NCBI GenBank assembly: GCA_016935125.1
Contig: JAFGRM010000060.1
Coordinates: forward strand, 1 to 55,275
Origin: Candidatus Woesearchaeota archaeon
GTDB lineage: Archaea > Nanobdellota > Nanobdellia > Woesearchaeales > DSVV01
Direction of reading: 5' to 3'
DNA: 55,275 nt
Shown here: in pieces, positions 26,174 to 34,253 of the stretch
How positions within the stretch are numbered: position 1 is the stretch's first letter
Layout of the letters: every line of letters begins with the position of its first letter
The notes under the pieces: model-generated
Seen by the model: only the letters and a program-made list of their open reading frames with translations
What the model was told of the DNA's origin: nothing
The model's database searches: none
Position numbers and translations under genes: made by a program

Positions 26174-27152
26174 TGCAGCAGTAATCGGAGTTGGTCTGAT
26201 GGGCAAGAACCATGCAAGAGTTTACTTTGGTCTTGACAACGTCAACCTTGTGGCAATCGCAGACCCTGATAAAAACAAGCTTGGTAAGTTGTCTAAGGAC
26301 TATAGATGCAAGGCTTACACAGACTACAAAAAGATGCTCTCAGAAGAAAAGATAGATATTGTGTCGATAGCTGTTCCGACAATAAACCATTTTGAAGTGT
26401 CCTGCAATACGTTAGATAAAGGTATCAATGTTCTTCTGGAAAAACCAATTGCAGTTTCCACAGCAGAAGGCAAGAACATTATCAGCCTCGCCAAAAAGAA
26501 AAACCTAAAGCTGATGGTAGGTCATATTGAAAGGTTCAATCCTGCAGTAATCGAACTCAAAAAAAGAATAAACAATAATGAACTAGGAAGGGTGTATAAG
26601 ATAGATGTCAACCGCATTGGCCCATATCCTGGGAGGATAAGGGATGTAGGTGTTGTAATAGATCTTGCTGTCCATGACATTGACATCATAAGGTACATAA
26701 CAGGTTCGGAGGTTAAGCGTCTTTATGCTGAAACTGAAAAGAAAATAAACTCAAAATATGAAGATATGCTCAGTGGCCTGTTAAGGTTTGAAAATGGAAT
26801 AATATGTAACATGAATATCAACTGGCTTACTCCTACAAAGATAAGGAAGCTTTACATAACTGGTGAGAGAGGGATGTTCGTCGTAAATTACCTAAAGCAG
26901 GAGTTGATATTCTATGAGAATGCCGAAGTCACAAACAATCTTGATTATGCAGATATCATGAGAGGTGTAAGTGAAGGCAGGATGATAAAGTTTGCAATCA
27001 ATAAGAAAGAGCCTTTGCTCGCAGAGATTGAGCATTTTGTCAATTGTATTAACGAAAACAAAGAGCCATTGATAAGTGGAGAGGATGGTCTGACTGCGAT
27101 TAAAATTGCTGATATGCTGCTTAAGTCTTCTTCAGAAAGGAGGGCAATATGA
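26166..27152 (+). CDS. Gfo/Idh/MocA oxidoreductase (WbpB-like UDP-GlcNAcA 3-dehydrogenase)
   Basis: AAVIGVGLMGKNHA, VLLEKPIA and MVGHIERFNP. 8-nt overlap upstream. Confidence 0.7.
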   Translation: MLNAAVIGVGLMGKNHARVYFGLDNVNLVAIADPDKNKLGKLSKDYRCKAYTDYKKMLSEEKIDIVSIAVPTINHFEVSCNTLDKGINVLLEKPIAVSTAEGKNIISLAKKKNLKLMVGHIERFNPAVIELKKRINNNELGRVYKIDVNRIGPYPGRIRDVGVVIDLAVHDIDIIRYITGSEVKRLYAETEKKINSKYEDMLSGLLRFENGIICNMNINWLTPTKIRKLYITGERGMFVVNYLKQELIFYENAEVTNNLDYADIMRGVSEGRMIKFAINKKEPLLAEIEHFVNCINENKEPLISGEDGLTAIKIADMLLKSSSERRAI

Positions 27153-28342
27153 GAGTCTGTGTGGTGGGATTAGGGAAAGCAGGGCTGCCTCTTGCCGCAG
27201 TGATTGCAGACAGCGGAATAGAGGTCATAGGGGTTGATATATCACAGAACAGGGTTGATGAGATAAACAATGGCATTAACCCTTTGCCAGAAGAGCCAGG
27301 TCTTAGCGAACTAATCAAAAAACATGGCGGCAAAGGGCTAAAGGCGACAAGCGATTACTCAACATGCCCAGGAAAACCTGGAGAGATTACAACATTTATA
27401 ATTATCGTTCCGTTGTTCATAGACTATAACAAGAAACCAGATTTCTCGATACTTAAAAAGGCATTTGAGAGTGTTTCCAAGGTCATAAACGATGGAGACA
27501 TCGTGGTCTTAGAAACAACTGTGCCGCCTGGAACGACCGAAAAGATCCTTAAGCCGGTACTCGACAACTCAAACAAGAAATATCACCTTGCTTATTCGCC
27601 TGAAAGAATCATGACAGGATATTCAATATCAAGATACAAAGAATTTCCTAAAGTAATCGGCGGCTTTGACAAAAAGAGTGGGGAAAAAGCTAAAGAGCTT
27701 TATTCAATGTTCTGCAAGAACGTACAGCTTGTATCAAACATAAGAACTGCAGAGATGATAAAGGTCTGTGAAGGCGTCTACAGAGATGTAAACATTGCTC
27801 TTGCAAATGAGCTTTTCAAGGTTTGCGAAAGCAAAGGGCTTGATTATTATGAGATAAGACATTATGCAAACCATGAGTATTGCAATCTGCACCTCCCTGG
27901 AAACGTAGGCGGACACTGCATCCCAGTCTATCCTTGGTTTATGATAAATGAATTCAATGTCCCTCTGATAAAGCTTGCAAGAGAGATTAATGATTCGATG
28001 ATTGACTATTATATTGCTAAGATTATAAAGATTGCAGGAAACAAGAAAAATGTAGGAATCATCGGCCTGAGTTACAGAGAAGGTGTCAAGGAAAAGGCAT
28101 ATAGCATGTCCATTACACTCATAAAGAAGCTGAAGGAAAAAGGATTCAATGTTTTCGGTTTGGATCCAATGTATAACAGAACTGAGGTCTACAACGAGTT
28201 CGGCATAGATATTATTAAAGACATAGCTAACATGGACGCAATCATCCTCATGAATAATGAATCTGCATTCAGAGATGATTTGCTAAAAATCAAGGATAAA
28301 GTTGTCGATGTCAAAAACACACTCAGGAAATTGTTAGGTTGA
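27149..28342 (+). CDS. UDP-N-acetyl-hexosamine 6-dehydrogenase (WbpA/WecC-like)
   Basis: MRVCVVGLGKAGLPLA and catalytic GGHCIPVYP. SD AAAGGAGGG lies 5 nt upstream. ATGA overlap with the upstream gene. Confidence 0.75.
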   Translation: MRVCVVGLGKAGLPLAAVIADSGIEVIGVDISQNRVDEINNGINPLPEEPGLSELIKKHGGKGLKATSDYSTCPGKPGEITTFIIIVPLFIDYNKKPDFSILKKAFESVSKVINDGDIVVLETTVPPGTTEKILKPVLDNSNKKYHLAYSPERIMTGYSISRYKEFPKVIGGFDKKSGEKAKELYSMFCKNVQLVSNIRTAEMIKVCEGVYRDVNIALANELFKVCESKGLDYYEIRHYANHEYCNLHLPGNVGGHCIPVYPWFMINEFNVPLIKLAREINDSMIDYYIAKIIKIAGNKKNVGIIGLSYREGVKEKAYSMSITLIKKLKEKGFNVFGLDPMYNRTEVYNEFGIDIIKDIANMDAIILMNNESAFRDDLLKIKDKVVDVKNTLRKLLG

Positions 28343-28354
28343 TAATAGAACAAG

Positions 28355-29320
28355 GTGGTGGTAAAAATAAAGAGCAAAGGAAAGGGGTTGTGCCTTGTCA
28401 CAGGCGGTTCAGGTTTTGTTGGTTATCACATAGTTAGGAGGCTTCTTGACGAGGGATATTCTGTTAGGGTCATAGACAATCTGTCGAGAAACTGCAATAA
28501 TATCTTGGATTTAGAAAAAGAAGGCAAGGTCGAGTTCATCCATGGTGATATAAGGTATGATGATACCGTAAGAAAGGTAATGAAAGATGTCGACTATATT
28601 TTTCATGAAGCTGCAATATGCATAAACAGGAGCAAGGAATTTCCAAAGGAAGCTATCGATGTGAACCTTGTTGGTTCATTCAACATATTTCAGGCAGCGA
28701 TTGACTTTGGCGTCAAAAAGGTAGTGTTTGCATCAACATCAAGCGTCTACGGACAACCTGAATACCTACCTGTTGACGAGAAGCACCCTCTTAACCCACA
28801 AACACCATATGAATCAGCAAAACTATGTGCAGAACACATGCTCAAATTTCTCGCAAAAAAACACAACATAAAATACAATATCTTAAGATATTTTAATGTA
28901 TACGGCAAAAAGCAGAGCACAGATGCATATTATACATCAGTGATAAATACTTTTATCAAAAGAGTGCTTGCTGGTGAGCCCCCAGTCATCAACGGTAAAG
29001 GGGATCAATCGATGGATTTCACTCATGTTAGTGATGTTGTTGAAGTAAATATGCGTGCTCTTGAAAGTGACATATCTGGAGAAGTCTTCAATGTAGCAAA
29101 GGGAGAGGAGACTACAATTGCAGAAGTGGCAAACATCATATTAAAGCACTGCAATTCAAAACTCAAACCAACATTTATTGAAAGAGAGGTTCTCGTGACA
29201 AGGAGGAGGGCTGATACATCAAAAATCAAGAAGATGCTCAATTACGAACCGAAAGTCAGCTTCACAGAAGGCATAAAAGAGGTCATAAAAGACATAAAAG
29301 AAAATCCACAGGATTACTGA
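28355..29320 (+). CDS. NAD-dependent nucleotide-sugar epimerase/dehydratase (extended SDR)
   Basis: VTGGSGFVGYH, STSSVYG, YESAKLCAE (YxxxK) and RYFNVYG. GTG start, so the exact start is uncertain. Substrate unknown. Confidence 0.7.
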   Translation: MVVKIKSKGKGLCLVTGGSGFVGYHIVRRLLDEGYSVRVIDNLSRNCNNILDLEKEGKVEFIHGDIRYDDTVRKVMKDVDYIFHEAAICINRSKEFPKEAIDVNLVGSFNIFQAAIDFGVKKVVFASTSSVYGQPEYLPVDEKHPLNPQTPYESAKLCAEHMLKFLAKKHNIKYNILRYFNVYGKKQSTDAYYTSVINTFIKRVLAGEPPVINGKGDQSMDFTHVSDVVEVNMRALESDISGEVFNVAKGEETTIAEVANIILKHCNSKLKPTFIEREVLVTRRRADTSKIKKMLNYEPKVSFTEGIKEVIKDIKENPQDY

Positions 29321-29380
29321 CATACTTATAGCCTACCAATTAGGCGTTCTCCTGCGCAGGCAAAAACAATATTCAGGAAT

Positions 29381-30505
29381 TTATTGTAGCCTGCTTTTTA
29401 TCTTTTCAACCACATACTCCTGTTCTTCATCTGACAAGAAGTTGTGCATAGGAAGCACTATTGCTCTATGGAAGAGATCCTCAGCTGTTTCAAGACTGCC
29501 ATACTGCTTTGCAGAATCCCTGAAGAATGGCTCAAGATGAAGGCAATATGTAGCAATCTGCGCTTCAATGTTGTCTTCCCTTAAGCCGGCAATCAGGCTG
29601 TCGCGATTGGTACCATGATTAACTAGACACGCAAAAGACTGGTAAGTATGTCTTATGCCATCCTTGACAAATGGCGGTGTTAACAGACCATTTCCCTGCA
29701 GAATTTTCCGATAATATTCTGCCTTCTCCACTCTTTTACTGATGATTGCATCTATCTTTTTCAGTTGCTCTACCCCTATAGCCGCAAGAATATTAGAGAG
29801 CTTATAATTGGTTCCGATATGGTTGAACAAAAACCTGTTCTTGCCAGTTATCATCTCTCCTCCAAAGTGCTTTATTGCTTTTGCTTTGTTATACCAACCC
29901 TCATTATCCGTAACAAACATCCCTCCTTCTCCTGTCGTGATGACTTTTCTTGGGTGGAAAGAGAAACATGTAATATCTGACATTGTTCCGGTCTTTACTC
30001 CATTAAACATGGCTCCTGTGCTACAGGCAGCGTCCTCAACAATAAACACATCATGATTTGACTTTATCCGTTTTATATCAGCAGGATTTACTGGGTTTCC
30101 AAATAAGGACACAGGAATTATGCATTTTGTTTTATCATTTATAGCTTCATCAGCTATCTTAAAGTCGATATTATAGCTTTTCTTGTCCACATCGACAAGG
30201 ATAGGAGTAGCTCCGACCATCGCAACTGCATCAGCTGTAGCAGGATGAGTAAAATCAGGAACAATAACCTCATCGCCAGGTCCAATATCAAGCGTCCTCA
30301 TTGCTAGGTCAAGAGCAGTAGCGCAGCTTGTCGTGGCAACTGCATATCTTGCCCCAACATAATCCTTGAATTTTGACTCAAATTCCCTTGTAACTGGGCC
30401 ATCAGTCAGATATCCTGACTCAAGCACTGCCTTGACTGCCTTAAGTTCCTCATCACCAACCCATGGTTTCATGAGATTAATTCTCTTGTTCATAGTAGTT
30501 GCCAT
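29381..30505 (-). CDS. DegT-type PLP sugar aminotransferase
   Basis: INLMKPWVGDEE, FSFHPRKVI (PLP Lys) and IVLPMH. Confidence 0.8.
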   Translation of the reverse strand: MATTMNKRINLMKPWVGDEELKAVKAVLESGYLTDGPVTREFESKFKDYVGARYAVATTSCATALDLAMRTLDIGPGDEVIVPDFTHPATADAVAMVGATPILVDVDKKSYNIDFKIADEAINDKTKCIIPVSLFGNPVNPADIKRIKSNHDVFIVEDAACSTGAMFNGVKTGTMSDITCFSFHPRKVITTGEGGMFVTDNEGWYNKAKAIKHFGGEMITGKNRFLFNHIGTNYKLSNILAAIGVEQLKKIDAIISKRVEKAEYYRKILQGNGLLTPPFVKDGIRHTYQSFACLVNHGTNRDSLIAGLREDNIEAQIATYCLHLEPFFRDSAKQYGSLETAEDLFHRAIVLPMHNFLSDEEQEYVVEKIKSRLQ

Positions 30506-30511
30506 ATATAC

Positions 30512-31096
30512 TCACTTCCTATTGAAATAAACCAGTTCGGTCTTGCCTCCCGCTAACCTTACCTCCCCTATAACCCTCGCAGGATTCCCTGCAACAATTG
30601 AGTTGTTGGGAATATCTTTGCTTACAACTGCATTAGCACCTATTATGCAATGGCTGCCAATCCTGCTTCCAGGGAGGATAACTGCACCGCTTCCTATAAA
30701 GACATATGATCCTATGCTTACTGGTTTTTTTATTATAGGGCACTTGTTTTCTGACACACATTTCATATGAGTTGAATGTGTAAATATCATGACCTGTGAT
30801 GCGATTGAGCATCCATCTCCTATAATTAGCTCACCTCCAGAAGCATCAAGAATAACAAATGGATTGATCTTGGTCTCCTCCCCGACCTTTGGCTTTCCAT
30901 ATATGTAGACACTCTCATATAATGAGCAGCCTTTGCCTAAGCCAGCTAATTTTGCCCTTTTCCACCTATCACTTAGAAGTTCAGTTATCGGCAGTATGCG
31001 GTCATACTTTTCCTGCATTACCTCTGTTAACTTCTCCTGCACCTCGAGAAACTTTTTTTTGATTGCATCTATTGTATTAATCATTGTATAAACCAT
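30512..31096 (-). CDS. left-handed beta-helix sugar acetyltransferase (MAT/WcaF-like)
   Basis: IGDGCSIASQVMIF, IGSYVFIGSGAVILPGSRIGSHCIIGANAVV and AGNPARVI. An alternative ATG lies at 31084. Confidence 0.7.
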   Translation of the reverse strand: MVYTMINTIDAIKKKFLEVQEKLTEVMQEKYDRILPITELLSDRWKRAKLAGLGKGCSLYESVYIYGKPKVGEETKINPFVILDASGGELIIGDGCSIASQVMIFTHSTHMKCVSENKCPIIKKPVSIGSYVFIGSGAVILPGSRIGSHCIIGANAVVSKDIPNNSIVAGNPARVIGEVRLAGGKTELVYFNRK

Positions 31097-31228
31097 TTAC
31101 ATCCATATAATCTATTTACATCTTTTGTATGTCTTTTGTATAGATTCTTAAGATATTTATTTTAGAGCATTAACTCCAGAATAAACCCTGTTTTTTATAT
31201 AATTTATGATTTAGAATAAACAATTATC

Positions 31229-32629
31229 TCAGATAAATGCAGTGATATACTTCAGCCCTGCTTTGACTGTATCAACTAGGCCCATTCGCCTTAACTGGTG
31301 CATGATAGGTTTTGGCCGAAAATAAAAACTCCTGTGCGCTTTTTTCTGAAGCCTGACAAGATCATCTGGTTTTAGGCCATCAAGTTCAATCACTGCATTA
31401 CCCCATCTTCTGTATTTTCTCCAGTCCTTGACAACAAGCCTGAGACCCTGACCCTTCAAAGCCATATCATAAAGCTCTGTTCCTGGATAGGGGGTCATAA
31501 TGTTGAAATATGCTTCATCAAGATCTATTCTTTTTGCAAAATTGATTGATTGTCTTATTGTTTTCAGTGTGTCATAAGGATTTCCTATGATAAATGAGCC
31601 ACGGGTTTCAAAGCCCACCTTTTTTGCCATACGAAAACCATCTTCATATTGTTTTAGGGTTGCATCCTTTTTGAGGATGTTGAGTATCTTTTGGCTTCCT
31701 GATTCAACACCCATGGTAATCCTATCGCACCCTGCCTTTTTCATCCACCTGAACATTTCAAGGTCACAAATATTGGCCCTTGTGCTTGCAAACCATGTTA
31801 TATCAATCTTCTCTTTTACTATACGCTTGCATATCTCAATAACCCTATCCTTCTTTAAGGTAAAGGTTTCATCCAGCATTATGAAAAACTTTATCCCATA
31901 ATCATCTGTAATCAATTTCAATTCTTCCAAGACAGAATCAGGGCTTCTGAAGCGAACAGTCCGTCCAAACAATTTGCCACAAAAGACACACCTATATGGA
32001 CAGCCGCGTGTAGTGAGCATAGTCCCGCCAGGTATGATGCCTCTGTCCTTTACAGGCCACAAGTAATCCTTGTATTTTATCAGGTGCCATGCAGGAAAAG
32101 GTATGGAATCCAGATCATCTATCAATCTTGCAGGGCGATTGTGAATAATCCTGCCTTTCTCTTTATAGCTGATTCCACCTACCTTCTTCAGGCTTTTATT
32201 CTTCACAAAGGCATTGATAAGATTTGGGAACTCAAGCTCACCTTCTCCTTTGAAGATGGCATCAACACTATTGTACCTTATAGCATCATCAGGAAGCAAT
32301 GTAGGGTGCGGACCGCCCATTACTGTCTTTATGTCTGGCCTCACTCTCTTAATAAAATCAAGCAATTGCACATTTTCCTGGATCTCTGGAGTGGTAGTTG
32401 TCACACCCGCCACTTTTGCATCAGTTCTTTCAAGAATCTTCCTAAGCTGATGATGTGTCTTGTTTTCCAGTTGCAAGTCGACAATCTTTGGCCTAAAGCC
32501 CGCACGCTCCAGCCCTGATGCAACATACATCAAGCTAGTCGGAGGTATAAGAGTCTGTACCTTAGCACTGGTCTTAAATGAGGTATATATTCCCTCATAG
32601 TTAGGCCTAAAAAGCAGGACATCGGTCAT
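31229..32629 (-). CDS. B12-binding-domain radical SAM enzyme (class B)
   Basis: RGCPYRCVFCG is the CxxxCxxC motif. The N-terminal domain is Rossmann-like (IPPTSLMYVASGLERAGFRPKIVDLQ). 32638 is TTG; the only ATG, at 32629, lies 23 nt from TTTATAAA. Confidence 0.8.
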   Translation of the reverse strand: MTDVLLFRPNYEGIYTSFKTSAKVQTLIPPTSLMYVASGLERAGFRPKIVDLQLENKTHHQLRKILERTDAKVAGVTTTTPEIQENVQLLDFIKRVRPDIKTVMGGPHPTLLPDDAIRYNSVDAIFKGEGELEFPNLINAFVKNKSLKKVGGISYKEKGRIIHNRPARLIDDLDSIPFPAWHLIKYKDYLWPVKDRGIIPGGTMLTTRGCPYRCVFCGKLFGRTVRFRSPDSVLEELKLITDDYGIKFFIMLDETFTLKKDRVIEICKRIVKEKIDITWFASTRANICDLEMFRWMKKAGCDRITMGVESGSQKILNILKKDATLKQYEDGFRMAKKVGFETRGSFIIGNPYDTLKTIRQSINFAKRIDLDEAYFNIMTPYPGTELYDMALKGQGLRLVVKDWRKYRRWGNAVIELDGLKPDDLVRLQKKAHRSFYFRPKPIMHQLRRMGLVDTVKAGLKYITAFI

Positions 32630-32651
32630 TAAGATCAAGATTCAAGTTTGA

Positions 32652-32659
32652 TTTATAAA
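32652..32659 (-). promoter_or_regulatory. TATA box (TTTATAAA) for the radical SAM gene
   Basis: Exact octamer 23 nt upstream of the ATG at 32629. Confidence 0.5.
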
Positions 32660-32801
32660 CTTTATGAAATTTATTACAGTCAAGTAGACATTGTATTAAA
32701 ACTTAATCTTGCTGCTTGGAATCTCTTGCAAAATGTTTGCTTATATCGCTTTTTTGCATATATCACTATATATAACTATAATAATTATACAGAGGTTCAT
32801 G

Positions 32802-33998
32802 TTATGTTTTTTTATTTTTTTTAAGAACATGACTGTAAACGTTTTCAAACTGTCTGTATGTGTTTTCCCATGTAAAGTGGTTTCTTATCAGTTTTGCAGC
32901 AGAACCCCCTATCTTTTTGCTTAATTTCTTATCAGCAAGCAGCTTTACCAGTGCAGCTGAGATATCATCAACATTCCCTGGTCTAACAAGAATTATGTTC
33001 CCCCAATTCTTCAGCACACCTTTCCCCAAAAAATCCTTATCCACATTCGCAAGTATTGGCTTTCCTAGAGCCATCGCTTCTGTTGCAGCTTTACCTAAGC
33101 CTAACTGAAGGGTGAGGCCATGGGCCTCTACATCTGATGCCAAGAGCAGCCGCAATGCTTCATCTCTTGGAAGTGCGCCTGTAAAAGACACATTCTTCTC
33201 CAGGCTAAGTTCTTTTACGAGCCTAACCGATTTCTGAGTGTACACATCACCAACTATAAGAAGCTTTACATCTGGAAACTTCTTAATCACATATGGCATG
33301 GATCTTATTATCTCAACCCTGTCACGTAGGTTATGGACATGACCTAAAGAGACTATAAGTTCTTTCTTGACCATGTATTTCTCTTTAGTATGTTGAATTG
33401 TTCTCTTATCTACCTTCACTGCCTTAAGGTCCATAGGATGTATGATAAGTGGAGCAAACATGGGATCAATACCATATGTATCTCTGATATAATTGATGCT
33501 ATAGGTATCGCCGGCAGGCACCACACATCTCTTTACGAACTGCTTTATGACAAGCTTGTCGAATAATGTCACAAAAAAGTTATAGAACCTGTTTGTATGA
33601 TAGATATATGTATGTATTACCAGGACAAGTGGAAGATGCATGATTTTTGCCATGATTACCGCACTTGCAAGCAGATCAAATATCTGCCCGTGTACCTGCA
33701 GGATTTCACAACGATGCCTCTTGATAATCTTATAGATCCTGTATAAATTTACCGGGCTAAAAGTATAAGTGAAATACTGAAAATTATGTAATATCTCAAA
33801 CCTTGGTATTCTTAGACAGGGCAGCCTGTAGACCTTGATGCCATCTATTACCTCTTCACTCCTTTGACCCTTGAACTTTGAGGTTACTACAACTACTTCA
33901 TGGCCTTTTCTCTTAAGCCTCTTTGCAAGCTTGGAAACAAAATAAGTTGATCCTGAACGTATGGGCGTGTAAATGTTGTTGAATAAGCAGATTCTCAT
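32802..33998 (-). CDS. GT4-family (GT-B) glycosyltransferase
   Basis: The N-terminus MRICLFNNIYTPIRSGSTYFVSKLAKRLKRKGHEV and the C-terminal EAHGLTLQLGLGKAATEAMALGKPILA (an E-x7-E-like region) fit Glycos_transf_1. Confidence 0.75.
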   Translation of the reverse strand: MRICLFNNIYTPIRSGSTYFVSKLAKRLKRKGHEVVVVTSKFKGQRSEEVIDGIKVYRLPCLRIPRFEILHNFQYFTYTFSPVNLYRIYKIIKRHRCEILQVHGQIFDLLASAVIMAKIMHLPLVLVIHTYIYHTNRFYNFFVTLFDKLVIKQFVKRCVVPAGDTYSINYIRDTYGIDPMFAPLIIHPMDLKAVKVDKRTIQHTKEKYMVKKELIVSLGHVHNLRDRVEIIRSMPYVIKKFPDVKLLIVGDVYTQKSVRLVKELSLEKNVSFTGALPRDEALRLLLASDVEAHGLTLQLGLGKAATEAMALGKPILANVDKDFLGKGVLKNWGNIILVRPGNVDDISAALVKLLADKKLSKKIGGSAAKLIRNHFTWENTYRQFENVYSHVLKKNKKT

Positions 33999-34253
33999 AT
34001 TTTAAATTTTGTTTTACCCAAGATATTTTAAATATTCTGATTTTATCAATCAGTTAACATGGGAACATATGTAGGTCACAGCATGAAAGTGCCTTGAAAA
34101 TGGTTCAAGTGGCTGAAAGACCCATAAAACGCATAAAAAGCACATAAAAATGGTCAAATAAATAAAAGAGGTACATAAAATATTTAAAGCGAATTTCTTT
34201 TTTAAAACAACAGGCAACAAGAGAAGACAAGAATAAGACAAGAGTTGATAAAG

